Source: Vulcanimicrobiota bacterium
GTDB lineage: Bacteria; Vulcanimicrobiota; Vulcanimicrobiia; Vulcanimicrobiales; Vulcanimicrobiaceae
Assembly: GCA_963833095.1 (NCBI GenBank)
Contig: CAWHWQ010000006.1
Span: forward strand, 1-43,691
Reading direction: 5' to 3'
DNA length: 43,691 bases
Numbering within the stretch: position 1 is the first letter of the stretch; every line of letters begins with the position of its first letter. Positions 24,401 through 34,146 of the stretch are shown here, one piece after another. The notes beneath the pieces were generated by a model. That model worked only from the letters and a program-made list of their open reading frames with translations. It made no database searches and was not told where the DNA came from. The position numbers and the translations under genes are program-made.

Positions 24401-25944
24401 ATGCGCATACACAACGCACTAACCTGGCTTTTGGCCGGATTGTTTTCACTGACGTCGATTCTTCCGATTGCCGCCGCGGCCGACGACGCGCAAGCACTGC
24501 TCGCCAAGCACCGTGCCTTCGTCGGCTGGCAGTATGGCGACGGCAGCGTGACCTCACTACAACTCGAGCGCTCCTATAGCGACGCCTCCGGGAAGCTTAC
24601 GCAGCGCGCGACCGAACAGCGCCTGGGCCTCGCCTACCGGCGCGACTATCAACCTCTCAAAGATTACAAACAATTCGGCTCGACGGGATTCACCGGCAAC
24701 ATCTTCTGGACGACGAATGAGAACGGTTTCACCGTGCCGATGATCGGTGACAACGCGAAATACTATCTCGCAATTGATCGCTGTTCATGGAAGGCAGTAC
24801 CGAACTACCGGCCACCCTTCAAAGCGCTGCCACCGTCAACGGCAAGAGCGCCCAAGTCATCCGCATCACGATGAACGGTGCCCTTCCGTTCGACGTGTAC
24901 GAAGATCCGCAAACCGGCGCGTACCTCAAAGCCGTCATCGATCCCGGCGGCACGCTCGAGACGGCGATCAACATTCTGTCGTACGCCGACCTCGCGCCGG
25001 GGAAAAAGCTCATCGGTTCTTGGTCTTTTGACGCGGACAAGGGCGCCTATACGTACACGAAGCTCGCGCTAAACGCCCCGGTTGGTGCCGCCGACCTGCA
25101 TCCGCCCGCGCCTTCGGCGACATGGACCTTCGCGAACGGCCAACCCTTCAAGATCGAGGTCACCGATTCGCGCATCTACGTGAACGCAAACGTCAACGGC
25201 GTGCCGGGACGCTTCATCTTGGACACGGGTGCTAGCGATATCTTCTTGAGCGACGACTTCGCCAACCGCGCGCACGCTAAATCCGTCGACAAATCCAGCG
25301 CGTTCGGCATTGGCGGTGCGACTACGACCCTCATCCGCAAGGCCGACACGATCGAGATCGGCGGCAACACCCTCTCCAACATCGCTATCAGCTCGCTCAC
25401 CGACCACTACTATAATCCTAGCGAGCAGTTCGATGGCCTTATGGGATTCGACATCTTTGCCGGCGCGATCGTCAATCTCTCGCTCAGCGGCGGAACGATG
25501 CAAATCAGCGATCCCTCGCAGGGCGCGGCTTCCCCGCCGAGCGGGTGGTATCCGATCAGTCCGGACCTGTCGACATTTGTGCCTCGCGTGCCCGCAAAGA
25601 TCGACGACAAGTTCGACATCAACGCATTGCTCGATACCGGTGGCAGCGACCTCGTGCTGATTTCCAGTCAGGTGGAGGGTCATGGGCTCACGCTCCTCGC
25701 GAACCGCAAGGGCTTCCTCGGCGACAACGCGGCAATCGGCGGGGTTGGCGGTTACGAAGTTACCGTCTGCGGCCCTCTCGCAAAGGTCACGGTGGGACCG
25801 TTCCCCTATACGGGAACCGAAGCATGTGAGAGTAACAATTGGAGTTTGCACGAGGGGCTCATCGGTTACGATTTCCTCAAGCACTTCGACTACATCTTCG
25901 ACTATCCGCATGGCGTGATGTACATGATGTTGCACAAGAGCTAG
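24401..25944 (+). pseudogene. Exported aspartyl protease with two retropepsin-like domains, broken by a frameshift near 24779 (real or assembly indel)
   Basis: ORF 24401-24874 supplies the signal peptide and N-domain; ORF 24787-25944 has two DTG motifs (FILDTGAS, ALLDTGGS) and 'GLMGFD' / 'GLIGYDFL'. Adding one base in 'gat^cgctgttcatg' joins the frames as ..AIDxLFMEG.. Confidence 0.85.
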
Positions 25945-25956
25945 TGCAGAATAAGA

Positions 25957-25990
25957 AACGAGCCTCGGCGAATTGCCGAGGCTCGTTCTT
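25957..25990. terminator. Bidirectional intrinsic terminator
   Basis: 13-bp stem AACGAGCCTCGGC-gaatt-GCCGAGGCTCGTT with A-rich and T-rich flanks, between the protease and the convergent tRNA-Arg. Confidence 0.85.
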
Positions 25991-25996
25991 CACATC

Positions 25997-26070
25997 TGCG
26001 GTCGGAGGGACTCGAACCCCCAACCTACAAGTTCGTAGCCTGTTGCTCTATCCAATTGAGCTACGACCGC
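25997..26070 (-). tRNA. tRNA-Arg(ACG), CCA not encoded
   Basis: GCGGTCG-TAGCTCAATTGGATAGAGC-A-ACAGG-CTACGAA-CTTGT...GTTCGAGTC...CGACCGC-A. Confidence 0.96.
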
Positions 26071-26131
26071 CCAATGCGACCACCGAAGATACGCGGTGGC
26101 TTTTTTATTCCCTCCCGGAGGTGCGGGAATT

Positions 26132-26221
26132 CGGAGAGAGAGGGATTCGAACCCTCGATACGACTTTACATCGTATAACGGTTTAGCAAACCGCCGCCTT
26201 CAGCCGCTCGGCCATCTCTCC
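26132..26221 (-). tRNA. tRNA-Ser(GCT), CCA not encoded
   Basis: GGAGAGA...GCGGT-TTGCTAA-ACCGT, long variable arm, GAGGG-TTCGAAT-CCCTC, TCTCTCC-G. Confidence 0.96.
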
Positions 26222-26246
26222 CCGGCGCCTACTCGGGGCAGCCGAC

Positions 26247-26255
26247 ACTATACCA
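26247..26255 (-). promoter_or_regulatory. Extended -10 promoter for the tRNA-Ser/Arg pair
   Basis: TGG-TATAGT about 25 nt upstream of tRNA-Ser(GCT). Confidence 0.55.
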
Positions 26256-26278
26256 CACCTCGGGCGTTGACCCCTAGC

Positions 26279-27852
26279 TTATGCATGCATAGCTTCCACC
26301 GCTGAGGGCGCCGCGCCCGGCGGTGCGCCTGCCGGCGTGGCCGCCGGACGGCGGCGACGCATGAAGAGCACGAGCGGCGAGCACAAGACGCACACGACGG
26401 CGATTACCATTGTCGCGTCAGCGTACGCGAGAATGGCGGCTTGGCTGTTAACGAGCCCCGCGAGCTGCCCGATGCTGCCGCCGTGCTGAAGGAACGCCTG
26501 AACGGCCGGAGACTGGAGCGTCGCATCGTCGGCAAGCACCGACGAATGGAACGACCAGCGCTGATCGATGATGACGTCGAGTGCGGCGACCGAGATTGAG
26601 CCACCAAGTTGCAGCGAGAGGTTGATAAAGGCGGCCGCTTTGGGACCTTCCTGCGGTGTGGTTGCGCCGAGCACCGCAATCGAAAGCGGAATGAAGAGCA
26701 GCGCGGATCCGACACCGGTCACGATCAACGACGGAGCAAAACTCCAGAAGTTCGACTGTCCGTTGGTCACGATCGCTTGCAACCAACCGCCGATGCTGAC
26801 GAGGATAAAGCCGCACCCCAGCATGACGCGCGGATCGATGCGTCCCACGAAACGTACGATCAGGGGTGTCATGAGCATGATCGGCGCGGCGCGCAGAATA
26901 AACAGAAGGCCGCTAAGCGTGGGCGTGAAGCCGAGCGGACCTTGCGTGAACTGCGGCAAAATATAGCGTCGAGCCGAAAATGGCGGTGCCGAGCGCTAGG
27001 CCCAGAATTGAACCGGCGGCGACGCTTCGATTTCGCAAAATACGCAGATCGACGATCGGCGTTTTGCGTCCGAAAGAACTCCCAATAGACGAACGCGCAC
27101 AGGCTTACCACCATGACGATGCGTCATGATAAGTACGGCGCGATCAGCGAACCAGTAGTGAGGTTCACCTTCCGTCAACACATACTGCATCGAACCCAAG
27201 CCCGCCGCGAGCAGCACCAGACCGGCGAAATCCACCGGCTCGCGCGTCCTGGCTCGGGGTCGCGCAGCATGAGTCCGAGCACGATCGCTGCAAAGATGCC
27301 AGGCGCGATATTGATGTCGAAGACCCAATTCCAGGAATAGTTGTCGACGAGAACGCCGCCGAGCGGCGGTCCAAGCGCAGGTCCCATAATTGCGCCGAGC
27401 GCGAAGATGCCTTGACTGAGGCCAAGCTGCTTGGGCGGAAACGTGTCACGAAGAATTGATTGCGCCGTCGCGAGCAAACCGCCGCCGAACGCGCCTTGCA
27501 CGAAGCGTGCAAGGATGAGGAGCGTTAGGCTATCGGCCGATCCGCAGACGACTGAAGCAATCGTGAAGCCGGCGATCGAGGCGACGAAGTAGTTTTTGCG
27601 ACCGAAGCGGTTCTGCAGCCATGGCGTGAGCGGAATGACGACGATGGCGGCGATCGTGTACGCCGTAACGATCCAGGTGCCTTCCTCCTGGCTCGCGCCG
27701 AGATTGCCTTGAATGGTCGGCAGCGCGACATTGGTGATCGTCGAGTCGAGCGTCTGCATTAGCGCTGCGGCCATGACGCCGGCAACGATCAACACACGAC
27801 GCAGGCCGGTTTCCGTAACATCTTGCCGCGCTGGGGTCGTTGAGGCGCTCAT
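26279..27852 (-). pseudogene. DHA2 (EmrB/QacA) MFS efflux permease with four frameshifts (real or assembly indels)
   Basis: N-part 'MQTLDSTITNVALPTI...GPALGPPLGG...WNWVFDINI'; continues in other frames as 'PVDFAGLVLL..GLGSMQYVLTEG', 'IVMVVSLCAFVYWE', 'PIVDLRILRNR', 'YILPQFTQ'. Shifts at about 27240, 27121, 27063 and 26966. Confidence 0.88.
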
Positions 27853-27896
27853 AGCTCTCCGACGTGTATTTCCCCAATGGGTCCAATTGTATGTGC

Positions 27897-27922
27897 GTTT
27901 AAGCCCTTTTTACCGGGGGCAA
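27897..27922 (+). promoter_or_regulatory. Possible SigB/SigF-type promoter for the glycan operon
   Basis: GTTT-16 nt-GGGCAA, about 50 nt before the SD-supported TTG at 27974. Confidence 0.45.
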
Positions 27923-27973
27923 ACAAACGCCTGGAATGGAGCTTGGCTCCGGTCCAGACTGAGGAGGGTTCCC

Positions 27974-28747
27974 TTGCGGGCTACGCGAGCTCGGACGCGA
28001 GCGATCCGCCCCCACCGTTGTTACCGGAGGCTGGCAACGCCGCTTTCGCACGTGTTGCCATGCATTGCGATCATGCTCGTCATCGAGGCGCTCGTGCTCC
28101 TAGCGGCGCAGCCAATCGAGAATATCGTGAGCAGCGTCGATGCATCGATCGTCGCCGCCGCACACGTACCGGTGACACTCGGAAGCGAGCGATTCTTGTG
28201 GCTCAACCTTGCGCCGCTCCAATTTACGATGCCCTCACACGACTATGCCGACCTCGCAACCTACATTCTGGTCAGCGCGGTTGCAATCGCAATCGTCAGC
28301 ATCTTTCGCCTTTTCCCGGCGCCGTTGCGCTTCTTCGTCAATTTCAACTTCCTGATCGTCGCCTCGGAAGCGTCGTATCTCCTTTTGGCGGGCCATCTCG
28401 GGTACGCCAGCAACGCTTTCTCCACGCTCATGCTCGAGACGATGACCGCCATTTGGCTCGTCCTGCCGCTCTTTGTCGGCACGGTGACCATCCTCTTTCC
28501 GTTTACGCTCCTGCGGACGGTCGCGATCATTGTCGTAAGCGTGGTCTTCGAAATCGTGCTCTCTGCATTGCGCTACGCCGCGTTCGTTGTCATCCTGAGC
28601 CACTCGGGACCGATTTTGATGGCCGACCTGTATCTCTCGTTCGGCCCGCTGCTCGACGTGATCCCATTGACCGGCATCTTCGCTATTTTTCTCGGCGCAC
28701 TCGCAAGCCGTCTGCGGCGCGACCCGGAGGCATGGGCGTGGTTATAA
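27974..28747 (+). CDS. Multi-pass membrane protein, first gene of the glycan operon
   Basis: Strong SD GAGGAGG at 27961-27967 then an in-frame TTG at 27974; about 6 hydrophobic helices; overlaps the GT2 start. Confidence 0.75.
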   Translation: MRATRARTRAIRPHRCYRRLATPLSHVLPCIAIMLVIEALVLLAAQPIENIVSSVDASIVAAAHVPVTLGSERFLWLNLAPLQFTMPSHDYADLATYILVSAVAIAIVSIFRLFPAPLRFFVNFNFLIVASEASYLLLAGHLGYASNAFSTLMLETMTAIWLVLPLFVGTVTILFPFTLLRTVAIIVVSVVFEIVLSALRYAAFVVILSHSGPILMADLYLSFGPLLDVIPLTGIFAIFLGALASRLRRDPEAWAWL

Positions 28748-29997
28748 TCGCGTTACAAGGCTACGCGGCATTCGTCGTGCTCGTGATGATCGTGTACGCT
28801 CTGCGTCACTGGTACTTCACGATGAACCGGCTCTGGTCGCCGCAGCGCCCGTACTACCAAGACCTCTACGACACCGAGCTGCCGCATATCACGGTCGTTG
28901 TGCCGATGCACAATGAGGCCGCCGTCGCAACCGGCGTGATCGATGCGCTCCTCGACTCGACCTACCCTAAGGATCGGCTCGAGATCCTTCCCTTCGACGA
29001 TCAGTCGCACGACGACACCAGCACAATTCTCCACGGATATTACGAACGTTTTCCGCAGATCGTCAAGCCCGTCTACATGCTCGATGGACCGCGTGGAAAA
29101 CCCAACGCCCTCAACGTGGCGCTGCGCCTAGCAACACACGACATCATTCTGGTGTTCGACGCCGACTACACACCGGGCAAAGACATTTTGCGCACGCTCA
29201 CCATGGCGTTTAGCGACCCGGAAGTCGGCGCGGTTATGGGGCGCGTCATCCCGCTCAACAGCGGAAAGAATTTTCTTACTCGCCTGCTCTCGCTCGAACG
29301 CTCGGGCGGCTATCAAGTCGATCAACAAGCACGCTATAACCTCGATCTCATCCCGCAGTACGGCGGTACGGTCGGCGGCTTTCGCCGCTCGATGGTCACG
29401 CGCATCGGCGGCTTCGATCTCTCGACACTAGCCGAAGATACGGATCTTACGGCGCGGCTTTTTATCGAAGGACGAAAAGTCGTCTACGCCAACGGCGCCG
29501 AGTGCTACGAAGAAGTGCCTGAGTCATGGCCGGCGCGCTTTCGCCAGCTACGCCGGTGGTCGCGCGGACACAACCGCGCCTTCTTCAACAACGCGCTCGG
29601 CATCGTAGGATCGACGCACCTGAGCTTCATCCAAAAAATCGACGGGCTGCTGCTCCTCTCGGTCTACCTCATTCCGCCGCTGTTGCTCCTCGGCTTTGTG
29701 GCGAACGCCTTGCTCTTCTTCATGGGCGCACTACCACTGTGGTCGGCGGTTGCGGTGGTGTTTTTCGTCGTCGCGTTCAATTCGTTTGGAAACTTCGCTC
29801 CCGTCTACGAGATCGGCGCCGCCGAATTGATCGACGGCGCCGGGCGCCGCCTTTACTTACTCCCCTACCTCTTCTATCTCTTTTTGTTCAACTCGTGGGC
29901 GGTAACGCACGGGCTCATCGATACGATCGGTGATCTCGTGAAACAGCGCTCTCCGCACTGGGATAAAACGGCACGCTTTCGTGGTAGCCATACTTAG
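28732..29997 (+). CDS. Processive GT2 glycosyltransferase (PgaC/IcaA/cellulose-synthase-like)
   Basis: 'VVVPMHNEA', 'DDQSHDDT', 'GKPNALN', 'VFDADY', 'LAEDTD', 'QLRRW' (QxxRW-like), with flanking TM helices. Confidence 0.92.
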   Translation: MGVVIIALQGYAAFVVLVMIVYALRHWYFTMNRLWSPQRPYYQDLYDTELPHITVVVPMHNEAAVATGVIDALLDSTYPKDRLEILPFDDQSHDDTSTILHGYYERFPQIVKPVYMLDGPRGKPNALNVALRLATHDIILVFDADYTPGKDILRTLTMAFSDPEVGAVMGRVIPLNSGKNFLTRLLSLERSGGYQVDQQARYNLDLIPQYGGTVGGFRRSMVTRIGGFDLSTLAEDTDLTARLFIEGRKVVYANGAECYEEVPESWPARFRQLRRWSRGHNRAFFNNALGIVGSTHLSFIQKIDGLLLLSVYLIPPLLLLGFVANALLFFMGALPLWSAVAVVFFVVAFNSFGNFAPVYEIGAAELIDGAGRRLYLLPYLFYLFLFNSWAVTHGLIDTIGDLVKQRSPHWDKTARFRGSHT

Positions 29998-30949
29998 CGT
30001 CGCGGCGTTTATCGCCGTCTTCGTCCTGCCACTGGTTCCCGGACTTTTCGAGCTGGCCAGGCCGCGCGATAGCGCCAGCTTGTCGATCGAGCTCGCGTAT
30101 GCGCGTGATCCGCGTTTCTTCGCCCGCTCGTTTCGCACAAAGACCACCGCGCTTCGCGAGCCGCGAACCCATGGGCGGACACGGTTTCTGGATCGGCATA
30201 ATGAGCGCGCAATTCTCGGTGACCTGCTGAGCGTCGCTCCCAATAGTCGTACCACGCAGGTGCAGTTCGCGCACGACCAACTGATTTGCGGCGCGGGTGC
30301 GGCCATCACCGACGGATACGGCGCGAACGCCGTTTTTTGCGGCGAATCGGTCGTTGCGCGAACGCTGTGCAGCGACGGCACGCTGGTGCTCGGCGATCGC
30401 TGTTCGATCGAACGATGGATCGACGCCGAATCGTCGCTCGATGTCGGTCGCGACTGCTATCTGGGCATGTCCGCAAGCAGCGGCGGCGCGGTTACGCTCG
30501 CCGGCAGCGTCCGGTTCGAACGCGTCTTCGGCGAACGCGTGACCGTGCTCGGTGCGGGTGCGGCGCCGGTGCCGCAACGCCCGGACAACGAAATCGTGCT
30601 GCGCGAACGCGATATCGCAAAAGGGCCCGATATTATCGTTCGCGGGAACGCGGTCGTCCTCGAAGGCACCGTCCTGGAGGCGAGCATCAAGGCGCACGGC
30701 TCGCTCTTCGTCGAACGCGGCGTCCGGATCGTGGGGAATGCCGTCGCTCGCGGCGAGTTGGTCTTGCTCGACGACAGCATCATCGAAGGCCATGCCTTCG
30801 GAGAGCGCGGCCTCTTCCTCGGGACAAATGCGCGCGTCGGCGTTCCAGGGCAAGGGAAGACTGCCTATACCGCAGGCAACGCGTTACTCTGTGACGGCGC
30901 AACCGTGCATGGCTGGATCGTCAGCGAGCAAGGCGGGTGGTCGGCGTGA
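29981..30949 (+). CDS. Membrane-anchored beta-helix (bactofilin/polymer-forming-like) protein
   Basis: One N-terminal TM helix, then repeated short beta motifs such as 'IIVRGNAVVLEGTVLEASIKAHGSLFVERGVRIVGNAVARGELVL'. Confidence 0.7.
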   Translation: MVAILSVAAFIAVFVLPLVPGLFELARPRDSASLSIELAYARDPRFFARSFRTKTTALREPRTHGRTRFLDRHNERAILGDLLSVAPNSRTTQVQFAHDQLICGAGAAITDGYGANAVFCGESVVARTLCSDGTLVLGDRCSIERWIDAESSLDVGRDCYLGMSASSGGAVTLAGSVRFERVFGERVTVLGAGAAPVPQRPDNEIVLRERDIAKGPDIIVRGNAVVLEGTVLEASIKAHGSLFVERGVRIVGNAVARGELVLLDDSIIEGHAFGERGLFLGTNARVGVPGQGKTAYTAGNALLCDGATVHGWIVSEQGGWSA

Positions 30950-32784
30950 ACCGGCGCGCGTTTACCGCCGTCGTCATTCTCGCCATTGCGGCCGTCCTCG
31001 GCGCGCGCTTGTGGCATTTACACAGCCTCACCGCTGGCCGCGCGACGATGGTCGCACTCATCTATGCCGCAAGTGACGCCGGATCGAATGCCGCATGGAG
31101 TGAAGAGCTACGCGAGTCGGGCGTTCCATACGAATGGATCAGCCAAGGCGATCTCGTGTTGCTCGACCCCGCCTACTTGAGCCGCCACTTTAGCGCCATC
31201 GTGTTCCCCGATCACCTCGATCCAGTGGTCGTTAACGACATCCTTTCGACAATGACGCGCTACGCGCGTCAGGGTGGAACGGTGCTGATCGTTGACGACG
31301 CCGGAACGCGGCGAACCAACAGAACCTACCTTAAGAGCGGACTGTTCGCGCCGCTGCTTGGGCTCGAGTACGTGCGGTACGTGCAACAGCGCAGCGGCGC
31401 GTTTGGTGAGAGCGCAGTCCGGTTCGCGAATCCGCAAACAGCACGCGTTTGGCACGTTCCGTTCGGCAAACTCGACGAAGATTCGATTTCGAGCTACTAC
31501 TACGGCCCGCAGCGGTATCCGGTACCGGCGACGCAAGCCAAAGGCGCCGACCTTCGCGTCGATGCGTCGAGCGCGTACGGTCCCGCCCTGACCGAACGGG
31601 CAATCGGCGAGGGACGGGCATTCTACGTGGCCCTTCCGCTTGGCTACCTGCGCGCGAACAGCGACGGTTTTCCGCTGCAGATGACGATTCAACGCGTCAT
31701 CATCGACGCCGCATCGACACCGCATTTAGTAGCTTCGCCCCAAGGCGAGGGCGCGATCGTCATCAACTGGCATATCGACTCCAACAGCGAATGGATCGGC
31801 ATCCCGCACCTCGCGAAGGCGGGCTTATTGCGGCCCGACATTCGCTATAACTTCGACGTTACGGCCGGTCCCGATCGCGACCGGCCCGGCGACGGCGAAG
31901 GCTTCGATGCCTGTGGCGCCGGCGCGCAATATCTGCGCACGATCGAACGCTACGGCAGCATCGGTTCACACGGCGGCTGGTTGCACAATGGTTTTGCGTG
32001 GGCGGTCGAAGCCCACCGTATGAGTTACAGCCGGATGAAGGAACTAATCGATAAGAACGACGCGTGCCTGCAGAAAATGACCGGCGAACCGGTGCGCGAC
32101 TACGCCGCGCCCGACGGCGCGCACCCGCAGCCTTCAATGACACGCGCGCTCGAAGCTCTCCACATCCGGGCCTATTATTATACCGGCGACACCGGCGCGG
32201 CTGCGGAGCGAGCGTTTTACAACAATGCTCTCGTGTCGCAAACGACCTGGGCCTTTCCGATTGAGCCGTTGGGTCCGTACGCGTCGTTTGCAGAAATGCG
32301 CCTGGGCCACATTCCGCCCGCGCGGGTCAACGCATGGCTCGATAGCGTGATGGACGAAGCCGCGCGCGATCGGACCGTGCTGCTCTTTTACAGCCACTCC
32401 TACGACATGCAGTACGTCCCGTACGATGGTCCTTTCAACCACTTTCTCGATCGGCTTTCGCGCGCGCAACGCGACGGAACCGTCCACGCGACGGTCATGA
32501 GCGACGCCGGCGCCTTTCTTTCGCGGTTCATCGGCACCAGCGCCGCATTTGTGCACGACGGCAACGACGTCGACGTGCGCCTGGACAATAAGCAGGGCTT
32601 GCGCGATGTGGCCTTTGCGCTGCCTAAGTCCTGGGTGACGCCGGATCTTCGCTTACCCGTAAACGTTCGGCGCGGGCGCGACGACGCGCGCTTTGACTAC
32701 TTCTGGATCGCCACCGACGATCGCACGCTGGAGTGGACATATTCATTAGCGAAAGGAGCGATAGCATGCGACTGCGGTCGCTGA
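30946..32784 (+). CDS. Periplasmic polysaccharide-deacetylase-like protein with N-terminal GATase-like/trimerisation domain
   Basis: N-terminal anchor; 'NWHIDSN' acidic motif; 'IGSHGGWLH' metal motif; 'YAAPDGAHP'; 'LFYSH'. GTG overlaps the upstream TGA. Confidence 0.75.
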   Translation: MNRRAFTAVVILAIAAVLGARLWHLHSLTAGRATMVALIYAASDAGSNAAWSEELRESGVPYEWISQGDLVLLDPAYLSRHFSAIVFPDHLDPVVVNDILSTMTRYARQGGTVLIVDDAGTRRTNRTYLKSGLFAPLLGLEYVRYVQQRSGAFGESAVRFANPQTARVWHVPFGKLDEDSISSYYYGPQRYPVPATQAKGADLRVDASSAYGPALTERAIGEGRAFYVALPLGYLRANSDGFPLQMTIQRVIIDAASTPHLVASPQGEGAIVINWHIDSNSEWIGIPHLAKAGLLRPDIRYNFDVTAGPDRDRPGDGEGFDACGAGAQYLRTIERYGSIGSHGGWLHNGFAWAVEAHRMSYSRMKELIDKNDACLQKMTGEPVRDYAAPDGAHPQPSMTRALEALHIRAYYYTGDTGAAAERAFYNNALVSQTTWAFPIEPLGPYASFAEMRLGHIPPARVNAWLDSVMDEAARDRTVLLFYSHSYDMQYVPYDGPFNHFLDRLSRAQRDGTVHATVMSDAGAFLSRFIGTSAAFVHDGNDVDVRLDNKQGLRDVAFALPKSWVTPDLRLPVNVRRGRDDARFDYFWIATDDRTLEWTYSLAKGAIACDCGR

Positions 32785-33599
32785 GTCTTCTCATCGTATT
32801 TTTGGCTGCACTGCGCTTGCCGGCGCAGGCCGACGAGCCGTTGGCGACCTTCTCGCTGGAAGGAACGACGACTGGGGTCTCGCCCGGCACGACCTACGGA
32901 CCGTGGGACTGGATGATCGGCGCCTATCGCACGACAATCGGGAACGATAAACCCGGGCTACAACTCATTACGCGAAGCGATCGCGACAGCGCGACGCCGA
33001 CGTCCGCGACATCGTACATTCTCGACGACTACCACCAATTCTCCGATCACGCCTACGGCTATGCGTCACTGCAGCTTTCGAGCGGGGAGATCTTTCCAAC
33101 ACGAGGGTTATACGTTGAGGGCGATGCCGCCGTCGCGACAGGCGTTGCATTCGGTACCGGCATTGGCTGGCTCGCCAATCCCGATGACACGTCGCAGGAA
33201 TTCCTGAGCATTGGCCCTACCGTGTATTTTCCGCACGGGAATGCGACCTTGCGATATCTTCCGCTGTGGACACACGGCGACATGGGCGCGTCGTCGTTTC
33301 TTGCGTCGGCGACCGTTGGTGACGAAGGCCACACATCGGCGACGCTGACGCTGCAGGATGGTGTGGAACCCGCCTATGTTGCCAACCAAGTGCTGCTCAC
33401 CACCGGCCTCGCGGAGCGCGCGTTCGCAGCCGAACTGACGACACGGCACTTCATCACGCCGCGCTTCGGCTATGATGTTGGATTATCGTACGCTAACGTC
33501 ACCGATCGCCAAACCAATGCCTTCATCTATCGCAGCCTCGGCTTCACCTTCGGTCTGGTTTGGGGACGACCAGCGCCACCGCCGAGCGTCGCGCGATGA
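32766..33599 (+). CDS. YaiO-family-like outer-membrane beta-barrel protein
   Basis: Signal peptide ending in 'AQA'; 'LDDYHQFSDHAYGYASLQLSSGEIFP' resembles the YaiO pattern; amphipathic strands ending 'FTFGLVW'. Confidence 0.7.
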   Translation: MRLRSLSLLIVFLAALRLPAQADEPLATFSLEGTTTGVSPGTTYGPWDWMIGAYRTTIGNDKPGLQLITRSDRDSATPTSATSYILDDYHQFSDHAYGYASLQLSSGEIFPTRGLYVEGDAAVATGVAFGTGIGWLANPDDTSQEFLSIGPTVYFPHGNATLRYLPLWTHGDMGASSFLASATVGDEGHTSATLTLQDGVEPAYVANQVLLTTGLAERAFAAELTTRHFITPRFGYDVGLSYANVTDRQTNAFIYRSLGFTFGLVWGRPAPPPSVAR

Positions 33600-33600
33600 G

Positions 33601-34146
33601 CTACGCGCTGGGTGCGGTAGGGCCCGTCATCGGCGGCTCTTCGACGAACACGGCTTTTGGTGCGGTGTGCCGCGGGCGACGCAGGCGTGCAAGCAGACCG
33701 TCGACACCAAGCACGCGACCGGTCGGCAACACCAGGCTCAGTGCCGAAAGCACGAGCGCGGCGGAATCCAGACCCGACCACACGCTCAAGTGCGCAAGCC
33801 CGCCTTTCGCCGAGATGTAATTCAGCGACAGAAGGACGCCGATCAGTCCGCCCAGACGCGTGTAAAAGCCAAGGAGCAGCAAACAGCCCGTGACTACTTC
33901 GCCCAAGCGTACGAGTTCGGCGAAGAACCATGCGTTAGGAAGCACCACGTTGGTCAGAAACGCTTGATAGAATCCACCCGTGTGGGTGATCTGTTGATTG
34001 AGGAATTGCGTCATCATGCCGTTTGGCGGCATGAAATCCTGACTCTGTGTAAATTTCGGAATGCCGTGCATGAGCCAAAATGCGCCGGTATAGATGCGAA
34101 ACAGCGATAGCCAGTATGCGTAGGTCGATGAAGATGGGAGCTTCAC
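33601..34146 (-). CDS. DoxX/DoxD family membrane protein
   Basis: 'LFRIYTGAFWLMHGIPKF', 'GEVVTGCLLLLGFYTRLG', 'GRVLGVDG'; GTG start overlaps the upstream stop, after SD GGAGG. Confidence 0.85.
   Translation of the reverse strand: MKLPSSSTYAYWLSLFRIYTGAFWLMHGIPKFTQSQDFMPPNGMMTQFLNQQITHTGGFYQAFLTNVVLPNAWFFAELVRLGEVVTGCLLLLGFYTRLGGLIGVLLSLNYISAKGGLAHLSVWSGLDSAALVLSALSLVLPTGRVLGVDGLLARLRRPRHTAPKAVFVEEPPMTGPTAPSA

Noticed and set aside
24770..24790. Programmed ribosomal frameshift in the protease gene
   Set aside because: There is no slippery heptamer or evident stimulatory structure; a single-base deletion or consensus error is simpler.
27913..27965. c-di-GMP-I riboswitch suggested by GGGCAAAC before a polysaccharide operon
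   Set aside because: The GAAA-capped P2 stem and the following GACGCAAAGC segment are missing.
27877..29997. 706-aa ORF as a giant GT2 fusion protein
   Set aside because: The first 285 or so codons are an off-frame reading of the upstream membrane-protein gene; the GT2 starts at ATG 28732.
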